Of a stretch of DNA of 64,000 bases, positions 10,779 through 22,152 are shown piece after piece. Source of the stretch: Thermomicrobiales bacterium (lineage in GTDB: Bacteria; Chloroflexota; Chloroflexia; Thermomicrobiales; UBA6265). The stretch lies in assembly GCA_041390825.1 (NCBI GenBank), contig JAWKPF010000009.1, positions 59,808 to 123,807 of the forward strand, read 5' to 3'. Below the pieces are notes generated by a model, which was not told where the DNA came from, ran no database searches, and worked only from the letters and a program-made list of their open reading frames with translations. Both the position numbers and the translations under genes were made by a program. The first letter of the stretch is position 1. Each line of letters begins with the position of its first letter.

Positions 10779-11282
10779 ATGCGCATCTGGGCGTATCTCT
10801 TTGGAGTCATCGCAGCGGTGGGAATCGTCGCGCTTATTGTCACGGACAACCGTGCGGATGGCGAGACGGTCGCCCCCCAGGCGGCCAACACCACGGCGGA
10901 CTTGGAAGCCGGCGCTTTCGAGGCATCCATTGGGCTCCTGTCACCCGCGACATCGATCCAACTCTTGATAGATGGGGGGACGTTGCCCGAGTCGGCAATC
11001 GCGCCGCTCGAGGAAGCGTCGGGGCAATATCAGCAAGCGCTATCAGTACCGCCTGCAGAGGCCGCCGAACTCCTCGAACAATCCCTGGCGAACCTGAACG
11101 AGGCTGAGGCGATCGTTGAGGAAGCTGCGATCGATGCGTCGAACCAGGTAAGCAAGGACGCGCTCAAGCGGAGTGCGTCCGCGATCGATGCCATCGCTGC
11201 ACGCGTCGAATCGGATCTCGGGCTGGTGCAACAAACGGGGAGCCCGGTCCCATCCGTGGTCGCCGAGGGAGAAGAGAAATGA
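10779..11282 (+). CDS. hypothetical membrane-anchored Ala/Glu-rich protein inside the ADI operon
   Basis: 167-aa ORF with one N-terminal TM (IWAYLFGVIAAVGIVALIV). Its stop overlaps the next start (ATGA at 11279-11282), implying translational coupling. Confidence 0.55.
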   Translation: MRIWAYLFGVIAAVGIVALIVTDNRADGETVAPQAANTTADLEAGAFEASIGLLSPATSIQLLIDGGTLPESAIAPLEEASGQYQQALSVPPAEAAELLEQSLANLNEAEAIVEEAAIDASNQVSKDALKRSASAIDAIAARVESDLGLVQQTGSPVPSVVAEGEEK

Positions 11283-12793
11283 CCGAAGCTGCTGCTTCAA
11301 CGCCGATTCAACCTGAGCCGTCCGAGAAAAAGCACGGTTTCAAGATGCCCGGCGCGTACACGATTCTGTTCATCCTGATCGTGATCGTGGCCATTTCCAC
11401 GTACTTCATCCCAGCAGGGGTCTACGACCTGAATGCTGACGGCGAGCCGATCCCTGGCACATATCACGAGGTCGATGCTCAGCCAGCGCGCATCATCCGC
11501 GATTCACTCAGCGCCCCAATCGAGGGCATGTACGGCATCCAGGATGAAACCGGGAATGTCAACGCATTCAACTACGGTGAGCTCTATGGAGCTATCGATG
11601 TCGCGCTCTTTGTAATCATCGTCGGAGGCTTTCTGGGTGTGACGATGAAAACCGGAGCAATCAACACTGGGATCAACAGCTTGGTGAGGTCGCTCAAAGG
11701 GCGCGAGAAGCTCATGATCCCGGTACTTATGTGCATTTTCGCACTCGGCGGCTCCACGTACGGCATGGCGGAGGAAACACTCGCGTTTTACCCACTCGTT
11801 GTCGCAGTGATGATTGCCGCTGGATACGACGCGCTGACCGGCGCCGCGATTCTCTTGCTGGGTGCTGGGATCGGTGTGATTGGGTCGACAATCAATCCGT
11901 TCTCGACCGGCATCGCATCCGGATTCGCCGATGAGTCGATCGCTGACGGATTGCCCGGGCGGCTAGTCATGCTCGTAGTTGGTTCGGCCATCGGTATCTT
12001 CTGGGTGATGCGGTACGCGGAACGGGTCAAAAATGACCCGTCCAAATCGCTCGTCTTCAGCATGAAGGAAGAGAACGAGCAGAAATTCCTCTCCTCGAGC
12101 GCCGGAGAGGTGAATGAGTCGCTGACCGGAAAGCAGAAGATTTGCCTGATTCTCTTCTTCTTAGGATTCCTCTTCATGATGTACGGGGTCATTCCATGGT
12201 CGGATCTCGGGCTTGGGTTGCCCACCCTCTGGTGGTGGTTTCCTCAGATGAGCGCCTCGTTCATTCTCTTTTCGATCCTGATCGGGATCGTCGGCGGGCT
12301 TGGCGAAGAAGGATTGACCAATGGATTCGTCGATGGGGCTCGCGACCTGCTTGGGGTTGCGTTGATCGTTGGAGTGGCACGGGGTATCTCCGTGATCATG
12401 AACAACGGTCAAATCACCGACACGGTCCTGCACTGGGCGGAAGACGCGGTTAGCGGCTTGAGTGGGGCCACCTTCCTTATCCTGCTCTTCCTCTTGTTCA
12501 TTCCGTTGTCATTTCTCATTCCTTCCAGCTCCGGTTTGGCGACTGTGACGATGCCGATCCTGGTGCCGCTTGCTGGCTTCGCCGGAGTCACCGGATTTCT
12601 TGTTGTGTCCGCATATCAATTCAGCTCTGGATTGGTTGCGTTGCTCACCCCCACGTATGCGGTCGTGATGGGCGGCTTGGCCATTGCCCGGGTGCCCTAT
12701 CCCACATGGGTGAAGTTCGCGATTCCTGTCGTCGTAGCGCTTGGAATCTTGAGTGTCTTGATCCTGTTGGGAGGTAATGCCCTGCAGAGCTGA
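11279..12793 (+). CDS. YfcC / C4-dicarboxylate-anaerobic-carrier family transporter, probable arginine/ornithine antiporter
   Basis: 504-aa polytopic ORF with the N-terminus [33 protein letters not shown] typical of YfcC. Located between arcA and arcB. Confidence 0.75.
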   Translation: MTEAAASTPIQPEPSEKKHGFKMPGAYTILFILIVIVAISTYFIPAGVYDLNADGEPIPGTYHEVDAQPARIIRDSLSAPIEGMYGIQDETGNVNAFNYGELYGAIDVALFVIIVGGFLGVTMKTGAINTGINSLVRSLKGREKLMIPVLMCIFALGGSTYGMAEETLAFYPLVVAVMIAAGYDALTGAAILLLGAGIGVIGSTINPFSTGIASGFADESIADGLPGRLVMLVVGSAIGIFWVMRYAERVKNDPSKSLVFSMKEENEQKFLSSSAGEVNESLTGKQKICLILFFLGFLFMMYGVIPWSDLGLGLPTLWWWFPQMSASFILFSILIGIVGGLGEEGLTNGFVDGARDLLGVALIVGVARGISVIMNNGQITDTVLHWAEDAVSGLSGATFLILLFLLFIPLSFLIPSSSGLATVTMPILVPLAGFAGVTGFLVVSAYQFSSGLVALLTPTYAVVMGGLAIARVPYPTWVKFAIPVVVALGILSVLILLGGNALQS

Positions 12794-12851
12794 TGTCGAC
12801 GTTTTGAAAGCGCGCAGTCCGGTTGTTCCGGATCCAAGGGAGACAAGACAG

Positions 12852-13853
12852 ATGAAATTCGAATTCTCGGGACGTGACCTACTGGATGTTGGCGAGTTGA
12901 CCAAGGACGAGTTCGTCCGACTGCTCGATTTGGCGGCCGAGTTAAAAGCAGCCAAGAAGGCCGGTAATGAATTCGAATACCTGCGGAAAAAGGAGATTGT
13001 GCTCATCTTCGAAAAGACCTCGACTCGCACGCGTTGCGCATTTGAGGTCGCCGCGTACGACCAGGGCGCTCATGTGACGTACCTCGGACCAGAGGGGTCG
13101 CAGATCGGCCACAAGGAGTCGATGAAGGACACCGCCCGCGTGCTTGGCCGCATGTACGACGCAATCGAATACCGCGGCTTTTCGCAGGAGATGGTCGAGA
13201 CACTCGCCCAGTATTCCGGTGTGCCGGTCTACAACGGGCTGACAGATGAGTTTCATCCAACGCAGATGTTTGCGGATGTCCTCACCATGCGCGAGCACAG
13301 CTCCAAACCTTTGGAAGAAATCGCGTACGCGTTCCTCGGAGATGCTCGCAACAACATGGGCAACTCGTTGCTGGAGTCCGGCGCGAAGCTTGGAATGGAT
13401 GTGCGCATCGTCGCCCCGAAGCACCTCTGGCCACACGACGATCTGGTAATGAAATGCAAGCAATGGGCGGCAAAGAGCGGCGCGCGTATCACATTGACCG
13501 AAGACATCAGTGAGGGAGTGCGCGGCGCAGATTTCGTGCACACCGATGTCTGGGTCTCCATGGGAGAGCCGATGGAGGTGTGGGGCGAACGAATCGAGCT
13601 GCTGCGTCCGTATCAAGTCAATGCCGCGGTTCTTGCGCAAACGGGCAACCCGAACGTCAAGTTCATGCACTGTTTGCCAGCGTTCCACAACAACGAGACA
13701 AAGGTGGGCAAGGAAATCGAAGAGAAATACGGGATCGTTGGGCTGGAAGTTACGGAAGAGGTCTTCGAGTCGCCGGCCTCGATCGTCTTCGATCAGGCCG
13801 AGAACCGCATGCACACCATCAAAGCGATTCTGGTCGCAACCCTGGCTTCGTAG
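12852..13853 (+). CDS. arcB: ornithine carbamoyltransferase (catabolic context)
   Basis: ORF 12777..13853 trimmed to the ATG at 12852 (AAGGGAG upstream). Motifs [33 protein letters not shown]. Confidence 0.92.
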   Translation: MKFEFSGRDLLDVGELTKDEFVRLLDLAAELKAAKKAGNEFEYLRKKEIVLIFEKTSTRTRCAFEVAAYDQGAHVTYLGPEGSQIGHKESMKDTARVLGRMYDAIEYRGFSQEMVETLAQYSGVPVYNGLTDEFHPTQMFADVLTMREHSSKPLEEIAYAFLGDARNNMGNSLLESGAKLGMDVRIVAPKHLWPHDDLVMKCKQWAAKSGARITLTEDISEGVRGADFVHTDVWVSMGEPMEVWGERIELLRPYQVNAAVLAQTGNPNVKFMHCLPAFHNNETKVGKEIEEKYGIVGLEVTEEVFESPASIVFDQAENRMHTIKAILVATLAS

Positions 13854-13886
13854 GACCGTCAATAGTCGTCGACCGGGATTGCCGCG

Positions 13887-15401
13887 ATGTCTGCCGACTT
13901 GCCCAGTGCTCGACAAGACGAATCAATTCCGACGCCTTCGCTTGCCGAAGCATTGGTCGCTGTTGGGGTGCTTGTCACGCTGCTGGCATTGTCGGTCTAC
14001 CTCTATGGTCTCGATTCGAGCAGCGGACCGATCCAGGTGAGTCTCCTGACAACGTCGCTCTTTGTGGCGATGTTGGCCGCGCGTCGCGGGGTGTCGTTCG
14101 ACCATCTTCGGATTGCAATCATCGAGGGCATTTCCGCTGGCCTGGGCGCGATATTCATTCTGCTCGGGGTCGGTGCGTTGTTGGGGATTTGGAACATGGG
14201 GGGCACGATTGCGACCGTTGTCTATTACGGCCTTGATCTGCTCGAACCGAGCTATTTCTATTTCGCGGTCAGCATCGTTTGTGCAATCACGGGGTTGGTA
14301 ACCGGCAGTTCGTGGACGACCGCTGGAACTCTTGGCGTGGCATTTGTGGGAATCGCGAAGGTACTGGGCATGGATCCCGCAATTACGGCGGGAGCTGCGA
14401 TCTCGGGGGCGTACATGGGCGACAAGATGTGCCCGCTCTCTGAGACCACGGTCCTTGTGCCAAGCATCACTGGCGCCAAGCTGTCCGCTCACATCAAGGC
14501 AATGATGTGGACTGTTGTCCCGTCGTTTAGCATCGCCGCGGCACTTTTCTTGGCACTGAGTTTGCGAGCGAACCCTACCTCAAATTCACTGAATGTCGAC
14601 GAAGTCAAAGCGACGCTCGACGCGACGTACAACATCGGCTTGGTCACGCTCCTACCGATCGTCATTCTTATCGTCTTGAGTGTGCTCCGGTTTCCTCCAT
14701 TTGTTGCGATCTACCTCACTGCGCTTGGGTCCGGAATTCTGGCCTGTTTCACGCAACGTGACCGGGTCGATGCCTTCGTCGCCGATCCGAGTTTGGGTCC
14801 GGTCTTGACCTCCATCAAAGCGATCATTTCGGCCGCGGGAACTGGATTCACACTCGAAACAGGAAATGCCTCCATCGACAAACTCTTCAGCGGAGGTGGT
14901 ATGTCCAGCATGCTCACGACGCTGTGGTTGATCATCGGCGCCCTTACCTTCGGAGCAGTAATGGAGCGAGCGGGGTATCTCGACGCGCTGGTTGCTCCAC
15001 TCTTAAGGCACGCCACATCCAGCGGGCGACTGACTCTTGCCGTAGCGTCGAGCGCCATCGGACTCAACATTCTCGCTGGTGACCAGTATGTTGCAGACGT
15101 GATTCCAGCAAAGACTTTCAAAGAAGAGTTCAGAAACCGGGGGTATCGGCCGGAAACGCTCTCTCGCATTGTTGAGGACAATGGGACAGTAACATCCGTG
15201 CTCATTCCCTGGAATACATGCGGCGCATATCACGCCGCGGTGCTGGGAGTCGCAACATTTGACTATCTTCCCTATTGCTTCTTCAACTTGATCAACCCCT
15301 TGCTTTCCATCGTTTACGGATTCTTGGGATTCCGAATGGAAAAGTTCAAAGACGGGGAACGTGATGGCGAATCTGCAATCGACGCCAGAATTGCTATCTG
15401 A
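13887..15401 (+). CDS. nhaC: NhaC family Na+/H+ antiporter
   Basis: 504-aa polytopic ORF with NhaC-like N-terminal and central blocks (GIWNMGGTIATVVYYGL, PWNTCGAYHAAVLGV). Confidence 0.75.
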   Translation: MSADLPSARQDESIPTPSLAEALVAVGVLVTLLALSVYLYGLDSSSGPIQVSLLTTSLFVAMLAARRGVSFDHLRIAIIEGISAGLGAIFILLGVGALLGIWNMGGTIATVVYYGLDLLEPSYFYFAVSIVCAITGLVTGSSWTTAGTLGVAFVGIAKVLGMDPAITAGAAISGAYMGDKMCPLSETTVLVPSITGAKLSAHIKAMMWTVVPSFSIAAALFLALSLRANPTSNSLNVDEVKATLDATYNIGLVTLLPIVILIVLSVLRFPPFVAIYLTALGSGILACFTQRDRVDAFVADPSLGPVLTSIKAIISAAGTGFTLETGNASIDKLFSGGGMSSMLTTLWLIIGALTFGAVMERAGYLDALVAPLLRHATSSGRLTLAVASSAIGLNILAGDQYVADVIPAKTFKEEFRNRGYRPETLSRIVEDNGTVTSVLIPWNTCGAYHAAVLGVATFDYLPYCFFNLINPLLSIVYGFLGFRMEKFKDGERDGESAIDARIAI

Positions 15402-15412
15402 GGAGGTCCGAG

Positions 15413-18190
15413 ATGAGTAGTGCGCCCGTTGGCCGTGATGAACATTGGTACAAGGATTCTCCAGAGAATGCTTGTAAGCAGCTCGGCGTCGTTCCCGCAA
15501 TCGGTCTCTCGTTGGAAGAAGTCTCCAGCCGGCAGTCGAAGTACGGGCCGAACAAGCTGGCTGAGCAACCACCTGAACCTACCTGGAAAGCATTCCTCCG
15601 CCAATACAAGGACCTGATGCAGATCGTCCTCATTGGTGTTGCGGTCATCAGCATCGTAGCACTGGGCGATCTTGGCACTGGATTGCTGATTCTTGGGTTG
15701 ACCGTTTTCAACGCTGTGCTTGGGGTAAACCAAGAGGGAAAGGCCGCTGAGAGCGTCGCCGCGCTGCGAAAAATGCTGATCATGAAATCCAAGGTCCGCC
15801 GCAGCGGTGAGATTCAGGAAACACCGGCAGAGGAGCTGGTCCCAGGCGACATCGTTACCTTCGAAGCAGGCGACAAGGTCCCGGCCGATGGACGGCTGAT
15901 CAATGCTGCGTCGTTGCAGATCGAAGAGGCTGGTTTGACCGGAGAGAGCGCCCCCGTCGACAAGGACATTGCCACGATCTCGGCTGACGACGTGCCACTC
16001 GGAGACCGGGTGAACATGGCCTTCATGAACACAACGGTGACACGTGGCAGAGGCGAGATGGTGGTAACCGGCACCGGGATGCAAACGGAAATGGGCGCCA
16101 TTTCGAACATGCTTGGGCAGGTGGAGCAGGAGAAAACGCCGCTCACCAAACAGCTTGACCAGCTCACCATCGCGATAACGATTGCTGCCGCCGCCGCGCT
16201 TGTGCTCATCGTGGCCATCGGACTGTATCGAGACCAGTCGGCTGAGCAGATGTTGCTCCTGGGCATCAGTCTCGCGATTTCAGCAATTCCAACGGGTATG
16301 CCGGCCGTGGTCACCACGCTTCTTTCTATCGGGACGCAACAGTTAGCGGAAAAGGGAGCGATCATCAAGCGGCTGCGATCCGTCGAAACACTCGGAGCCA
16401 CATCCGCCATCTGCTCGGACAAGACCGGCACGTTGACACTCAATCAGATGACAGCACGCCAGATGGTGATCCCGGGGCGGAAATACGAGATTGATGGGGA
16501 AGGGTATTCGACCGTTGGCAAGATTCTGCGAGTGGCCGGCGAAGGAGAGCCCGAATTCGATGAAATCCTCATGCCGATGTCACTTTGCTGCGATGCGGTG
16601 GTCTCAGATGGGGAAATTGTCGGCGATCCGACCGAAGCCGCGCTGGTTGTGCTGGCGGCCAAGGGAGGCATCGATGTTTCTGGAACGCGCCAGCAATACC
16701 CGCGCGTTGCCGAGGTTCCGTTCGATTCCGCATACAAGTTCATGGCTACGTTCCATGAAATGGAGGGAAAGGACGGGAAGCCCACCGTTCGTTGCTATGT
16801 CAAAGGCGCGCCCGATGTCATCCTCGCGCGCTCGTCATCAGCGCGGTTGTCAGATGGGTCGCTGACCGACATTGCCACCTACCGTGACACCGTGTCGGCG
16901 GAAAACGATCGGTTGGCCAGCGAAGGTCTGCGCGTTATGGCGGTTGCGTCACGAGACATTCCTCCGAAGTCTTTCGATCCAAATGGGAACTTGATGGCGC
17001 AAGTCCAGGACTTGCAGATGCTGGCCCTGGTGGGCATAGTCGACCCGCCGCGCAAAGAAGCAAAGGACGCGATCGCGCTCTGCAAGGATGCCGGCATCCG
17101 CATTCGCATGATCACAGGAGACCACGCGACAACTGCTGCTGCGATTGCGAAACAACTCGGCATCGAGGGTGAGGCGATCACCGGAGCAGAGTTTGCTGCC
17201 ATGAGCGACGAGGAGCTCGATCGCCGCGTGGCGAATATCGGGGTGGTCGCGCGCGTGGCGCCGGAAGACAAGGTCCGCTTGGTCGACATCCTCAAAAAGC
17301 AGAACAACGTGGTGGCGATGACTGGGGACGGCGTCAACGATGCTCCCGCGCTCAAGCGAGCGGACATTGGCGTCGCCATGGGGATCACCGGCACGGAGGT
17401 CACCAAGGAAGCTGCCGAAATGATCCTGACCGACGACAACTTCGCGACCATCGTGAAGGCAGTCGAGGGCGGTCGAGGACTCTATGACAACCTCATGAAG
17501 TACGTTCGCTTCCAGATTGGCGTTCTGGTGGCATTCATCGCGCTCTTCGTGTTGGCCGGCATTTTCAACATTGCGAAGGGCAGCCCACTCAATCCGCTTC
17601 AGGTTCTGTGGATCAACTTCGCGATTGACGTGCCGTTGGCGATTGGTTTGGGGTTCGATGCCCCGACGGCAGGACTCATGAGTCGGCGACCGCGACAGGC
17701 GAACGCTGCCGTCTTGCCACGCCCCCTTGCGATTCGGCTGATCTCAGCGGGGCTCTTGATGTCGGTTGTTGTCCTTGGCATCGTCAGGTACGCAGAGGAC
17801 CACTACGGCCTGCCAGTGGCGTTGACCATGGGATTGACAACCTTGTCGCTCTGTCATGTTGTCGCTGCCATCACGACCCGCGATCCTGACCGGAGTGCGT
17901 TATCGCTCTATACGTTCGTCAACCGGCGATTTACGTACATGATTGGTCTCGTCACGCTCTTGACAGTGTTGGCGTCCGAGCTGGATTTCATGCAACGAAT
18001 CTTCGACACGGTCTCGCTCACGAGGAATCAGTGGCTCATCTGTCTCTTGGGTACGGGCCTGCTGCTGGCGATCTATGAGGTTGGGAAGCTGGTGCTCGGC
18101 AAGACAGGCTGGCTTGGAGTGTCTGCTGCACAATCGGGTCGGCCAGAGGGAGCAACCGTCTCAATTGCGCCCGAAGGGGCGAACCCATAG
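15413..18190 (+). CDS. cation-transporting P-type ATPase, type II (Ca2+/Mg2+-like)
   Basis: 925-aa ORF with motifs [40 protein letters not shown]. Confidence 0.9.
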   Translation: MSSAPVGRDEHWYKDSPENACKQLGVVPAIGLSLEEVSSRQSKYGPNKLAEQPPEPTWKAFLRQYKDLMQIVLIGVAVISIVALGDLGTGLLILGLTVFNAVLGVNQEGKAAESVAALRKMLIMKSKVRRSGEIQETPAEELVPGDIVTFEAGDKVPADGRLINAASLQIEEAGLTGESAPVDKDIATISADDVPLGDRVNMAFMNTTVTRGRGEMVVTGTGMQTEMGAISNMLGQVEQEKTPLTKQLDQLTIAITIAAAAALVLIVAIGLYRDQSAEQMLLLGISLAISAIPTGMPAVVTTLLSIGTQQLAEKGAIIKRLRSVETLGATSAICSDKTGTLTLNQMTARQMVIPGRKYEIDGEGYSTVGKILRVAGEGEPEFDEILMPMSLCCDAVVSDGEIVGDPTEAALVVLAAKGGIDVSGTRQQYPRVAEVPFDSAYKFMATFHEMEGKDGKPTVRCYVKGAPDVILARSSSARLSDGSLTDIATYRDTVSAENDRLASEGLRVMAVASRDIPPKSFDPNGNLMAQVQDLQMLALVGIVDPPRKEAKDAIALCKDAGIRIRMITGDHATTAAAIAKQLGIEGEAITGAEFAAMSDEELDRRVANIGVVARVAPEDKVRLVDILKKQNNVVAMTGDGVNDAPALKRADIGVAMGITGTEVTKEAAEMILTDDNFATIVKAVEGGRGLYDNLMKYVRFQIGVLVAFIALFVLAGIFNIAKGSPLNPLQVLWINFAIDVPLAIGLGFDAPTAGLMSRRPRQANAAVLPRPLAIRLISAGLLMSVVVLGIVRYAEDHYGLPVALTMGLTTLSLCHVVAAITTRDPDRSALSLYTFVNRRFTYMIGLVTLLTVLASELDFMQRIFDTVSLTRNQWLICLLGTGLLLAIYEVGKLVLGKTGWLGVSAAQSGRPEGATVSIAPEGANP

Positions 18191-18236
18191 TGCACATCGC
18201 AGCAATTGTCACCGACTGAGCCAGAGGAGAGCAGTC

Positions 18237-19148
18237 ATGAGGATCGTCATCGCGCTTGGGGGCAATGCCCTACTCGAACGTGGGCAGGCAATGTCGCAAG
18301 AGAACCAGGAAGCCAATGTCCGCACTGCTGCCTCCGCAATCGCGCCGCTCGTTGCTGAACACGAGGTAGTGGTTACCCATGGCAATGGACCGCAAGTCGG
18401 TCTCCTCGCGCTTCAGTCGCACGCCTATTCCGGTGTGGAGCCATATTCACTGGACGTACTTGGCGCCGAAACGGAGGGGATGATCGGCTATCTGCTGGAA
18501 ATCGAGCTTGGGAACAGGCTCCCACCCGACCAGCCGATTGCAACAATCCTAACCATGGTCGAGGTGGACGCCAACGATCCCGCGTTCGACGATCCAACAA
18601 AGTTTGTCGGCCCGATCTACGAAAAGGCCGAGGCCGATCGAATCTCTGCCGAAAAGGGCTGGGTGATGAAAGCTGATGGCGCGAAATGGAGACGAGTGGT
18701 CCCGTCTCCTGCCCCGCGGCGCATCTTCGAAATTCGCCCCATTCGCTGGCTGCTCGACAAGGGAACGCTCGTCATTTGCGCGGGAGGAGGAGGAATTCCA
18801 ACTGCGTTTGCTGCCGGGAACCAACGGACCCTCGAAGGAATCGAAGCTGTTATCGACAAGGATTTTGCCAGTGAACTCCTGGCGCGTGAGATCGGCGCAG
18901 ATCTCTTTGTCATGGCTACTGATGTGGATGGTGTCTACCGAGGCTGGGGGACGGCCGATCAGACCCGGATCGAGACGATTCGGCTCTCCGAACTCGAGGG
19001 CGTGTCGTTTCCCGCTGGGTCGATGGGGCCAAAGGTAGAGGCAGCCGCTCAATTCGTGCGGGAAACCGGGAACATCGCCGCGATCGGTTCCCTCAACGAC
19101 ATCGAGGGCATTGTTGCGGGCAACAAGGGAACGCGGTTCTCCGCGTAG
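18237..19148 (+). CDS. arcC: carbamate kinase
   Basis: ORF 18075..19148 trimmed to the ATG at 18237 (AGAGGAG upstream). [17 protein letters not shown].., [18 protein letters not shown]. Confidence 0.9.
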   Translation: MRIVIALGGNALLERGQAMSQENQEANVRTAASAIAPLVAEHEVVVTHGNGPQVGLLALQSHAYSGVEPYSLDVLGAETEGMIGYLLEIELGNRLPPDQPIATILTMVEVDANDPAFDDPTKFVGPIYEKAEADRISAEKGWVMKADGAKWRRVVPSPAPRRIFEIRPIRWLLDKGTLVICAGGGGIPTAFAAGNQRTLEGIEAVIDKDFASELLAREIGADLFVMATDVDGVYRGWGTADQTRIETIRLSELEGVSFPAGSMGPKVEAAAQFVRETGNIAAIGSLNDIEGIVAGNKGTRFSA

Positions 19149-19169
19149 CACCCTGGAGCGATAGATTCT

Positions 19170-20801
19170 GTGGACAACCCAACACAAATCACCAGCGACA
19201 CTTTGAGCGTCGGGTCAGCGCCACAAGACGGGCTCTTGACTGGGTCAGATCGACGGCTTGCACTTCTGCTCGCGATGGCGATGTTTGTGCTTGTGGTCGA
19301 TACCTCCCTAATGAACGTATCGATCTCGGCAGTTGTTTATGACCTTGGCACAACAGTCAGCCGGGTTCAGTCAACGATTGCGCTCGAAGCGTTGATTTCG
19401 GCATCGTTCATTCTCATTAACAGCAAGATCGGAGACCTCATCGGTCGCAAGCGCGCCTACGTTCTCGGTCTGTTGGCCTACGCGTTGGGTGCGGCCGCGA
19501 TGGTGCTTGCGCAGAGCATGACCGCCATTGTCATCTTTTGGGCCATTCTCGGTGGGCTCGGTGCGTCGTTGCTCCTACCGGCCATGCAGTCGTTGATTCA
19601 TGGCAATTTCGAGGGGACCGCACAGACGAAGGTTTACGCCATGGTGGGCGCGTCGGCTGCCATCGCTGCTGCAATCGGTCCATTGATTGGCGGGTTCATC
19701 ACAACCTATCTCTCCTGGAGAGTCGGGTTTGCTCTGGAAGTCGTCATCATAGCCATCGTCCTGTCCGGCATCAAGCTTGTGAAGGATGTGCCATACACCG
19801 GCGAGCGAGGGATCGACATTCCGGGCGCGGTATTGTCGGTGATCGGGATGGGGGGCGTCGTGCTTGGGATCCTGGTCTGGCAGGAAGGTGGAGAGTCCGT
19901 CGCCATATTGATTGCGGTTGGTGCGTTTGCGATGGGCGCGCTCGTGTACTGGTTGATGCGACAGAAGCGCCTTGGAAAACGCGCACTGCTCGACATCGAC
20001 CTCTTCCGCTCTCCGCACTACCGCCTGGGTATCTCGCAACAAATGTTGCAGCAACTGGCGCTCGGTGGCGCGATGATCGTGCTGCCAATCTTTTTCCAAA
20101 TGGTGCTCGAGTACAACGCAATGAAATCGGGGCTCTCGATTGCTCCGCTGTCACTGAGCATGTTTGCGATTGCCATGATCGCTGGGCGACGAGCTGGCAA
20201 GCGTCGGCCGGCCATCATCGTGCGTGCGGGCTTTGCGTTGTTGGCAATCGGATCTGCCTTGCTCATCATCATCGTTCCCAGAGCAGACAATGGATGGGCC
20301 TTTGCTCCGGCCTTGATCGTCATGGGAAGCGGCTTGGGACTGCTGGTCTCACAGCTCAACAACTACACGCTTGCTCCGATCTCTGACGATCGCATCAGTG
20401 AGGCAGCCGGCGTGAACTCCGCCGCCGGTCAATTCGGGCTGTCAGTGGGATTGGCGCTCGCTGGAGCCATCATGTTGGCAACATTGGCCTGGGCATTCAC
20501 TGACCTGGCCGATCAGAGCACCGTACTCACACCAACTGAGCAGGAACAAGTTGCTACCGCGTTGGATGAAGACGCGGAAGTCATGAGCAATACGCAACTT
20601 GAAGCGATTATCACGGATGTGCCGCCCGAAACCAAAGAAGAGGTGCTCCGAATCAACTCTGAGGCACGCCCGTTTGCGTTGCAGGTAGCGCTTCTCGTCC
20701 CGTTGCTGGCCGGAATCATTGGATTGTTTCTCTCGTTCCGTATGATTCGCCTCCCTGACATTGAAAATACCGCTGATCGGCCGTCGGTTCTGGGTGCATG
20801 A
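19170..20801 (+). CDS. MFS transporter, 14-TM DHA2-like
   Basis: 543-aa ORF with a GTG start. Typical MFS loop GDLIGRKRAYVLG and many TM segments. Confidence 0.8.
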   Translation: MDNPTQITSDTLSVGSAPQDGLLTGSDRRLALLLAMAMFVLVVDTSLMNVSISAVVYDLGTTVSRVQSTIALEALISASFILINSKIGDLIGRKRAYVLGLLAYALGAAAMVLAQSMTAIVIFWAILGGLGASLLLPAMQSLIHGNFEGTAQTKVYAMVGASAAIAAAIGPLIGGFITTYLSWRVGFALEVVIIAIVLSGIKLVKDVPYTGERGIDIPGAVLSVIGMGGVVLGILVWQEGGESVAILIAVGAFAMGALVYWLMRQKRLGKRALLDIDLFRSPHYRLGISQQMLQQLALGGAMIVLPIFFQMVLEYNAMKSGLSIAPLSLSMFAIAMIAGRRAGKRRPAIIVRAGFALLAIGSALLIIIVPRADNGWAFAPALIVMGSGLGLLVSQLNNYTLAPISDDRISEAAGVNSAAGQFGLSVGLALAGAIMLATLAWAFTDLADQSTVLTPTEQEQVATALDEDAEVMSNTQLEAIITDVPPETKEEVLRINSEARPFALQVALLVPLLAGIIGLFLSFRMIRLPDIENTADRPSVLGA

Positions 20802-20844
20802 CCAGCAAGTGCGCCAGAGACCGATTTCGAAAGGAGCACCAGAA

Positions 20845-21336
20845 GTGCCCGATCTCATTGCCATTACCTACCCAGACTCCGGCACTGCAGCCAAGGCAAT
20901 TGAGCATGTCGACTGGGCTGGATTCGACAAGCGAGTCGACATCATTGACGCATGTTGGATGTCGAACGAAAACGGCAAGGTCGTTGTACGGCCAGGTGGC
21001 CATCCGGTTCTTGGACGTGCGGTTATCGGCGGCACACTTGGACTTGTGATCGGTGCTGTGTTCGCGCTTCCAGTGGCCGGAATCGCAGCTGGAGCGGCAC
21101 TGGGCGCGCACCGCGGAGCTAAGAAGGCACATGAGCGGGACGATCCATTCATCGCGTCAATTGAATCCGAGGTCGCATCAGGCGGATCAGCGTTGGTCGT
21201 TCTATTCGAAGGTGGCACTGACACCGAGGGTGCGGGCGCCGACCTTCTGGAATTCGGAGGAACTATCAGAAGTACAACGATATCAGCCGAACGGCTGGCG
21301 GAAATCCAGGCCAGGCTCGATCTCGCTGGAGGTTGA
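20845..21336 (+). CDS. DUF1269 family membrane protein (second copy)
   Basis: ORF 20761..21336 trimmed to the GTG at 20845, preceded by AAAGGAG. VPDLIAITYPDSGTAAKA.. and the Gly-zipper GGTLGLVIGAVFALPVAGIAAGAALGA. Confidence 0.65.
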   Translation: MPDLIAITYPDSGTAAKAIEHVDWAGFDKRVDIIDACWMSNENGKVVVRPGGHPVLGRAVIGGTLGLVIGAVFALPVAGIAAGAALGAHRGAKKAHERDDPFIASIESEVASGGSALVVLFEGGTDTEGAGADLLEFGGTIRSTTISAERLAEIQARLDLAGG

Positions 21337-21410
21337 GTTAATCACGCACGCTATCTAGGTCGCAGGTCGTTTGGGTCGTTACCCAGATGAGATGCGAGAG
21401 GAGACTTCGC

Positions 21411-22109
21411 ATGAAGAATAACATCGATCGGATTCAGTATCACCGCGCCGCGTTCCGAATAGCCGCGGTCCTTGGCGTTGCCTTGATGCTGTTCATGGCG
21501 GTGAGCGCAACGTTCGCCCAGGATGCTACCCCGGTCTCGATGAGCCCATACGATCCGGCCAACTGCGCCACTGAGCCGATATCCACCGACCATATGGCGA
21601 GCCTGCTGGAGACTCCGGTCTCCCAGCCTGTGCAGCCGACAGATGCAAGTGGAGTTGTGGCGCTGCCGACCGGTGGTCCTGTGAGCGAGACCGACCAGGC
21701 GCTCGTGGTCGACACGCTCGAGCAGCTCTGGGCATGCAATAACGCCCGCAACAAGGCGGCGGTTTATGCGCTCTTCACCGATCAAGCGATCCAGGAGACG
21801 ATCGGCTTCACCGATGGATCGTCCTGGGATGCCGCCGATCTGCGCGCCGATGTGGCGGCTGCATTGACACCCGGAGAGCCTCGATCGGAGGAAGAGTGGG
21901 CCACCGTGAACTCGATCGTGAGCGCCACCACCTATGACGACGGTCAAATTGGCGTACTCATTCTGAACACCGATCCACTTGTCGCGGATGGCGACCAGGT
22001 GCTCGACTATTTCCGCTTCATCATCGTGGATGGTGTCGCCAAGGTGAGCCAAGTTGTGCTCGATCCGTATGACCTCACGTCGGGGTATGGATTCGAGAAG
22101 TCTTCCTAA
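21411..22109 (+). CDS. secreted hypothetical protein
   Basis: ORF 21387..22109 trimmed to the ATG at 21411 (GAGAGGAG 7 nt upstream). Signal-like AAFRIAAVLGVALMLFMAVSATFAQD. The longer antisense ORF 21351..22205 is judged spurious. Confidence 0.55.
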   Translation: MKNNIDRIQYHRAAFRIAAVLGVALMLFMAVSATFAQDATPVSMSPYDPANCATEPISTDHMASLLETPVSQPVQPTDASGVVALPTGGPVSETDQALVVDTLEQLWACNNARNKAAVYALFTDQAIQETIGFTDGSSWDAADLRADVAAALTPGEPRSEEEWATVNSIVSATTYDDGQIGVLILNTDPLVADGDQVLDYFRFIIVDGVAKVSQVVLDPYDLTSGYGFEKSS

Positions 22110-22152
22110 CGACAGGAAACCGACATGCGGTCGGTGAACGAAGGAGCCACGG

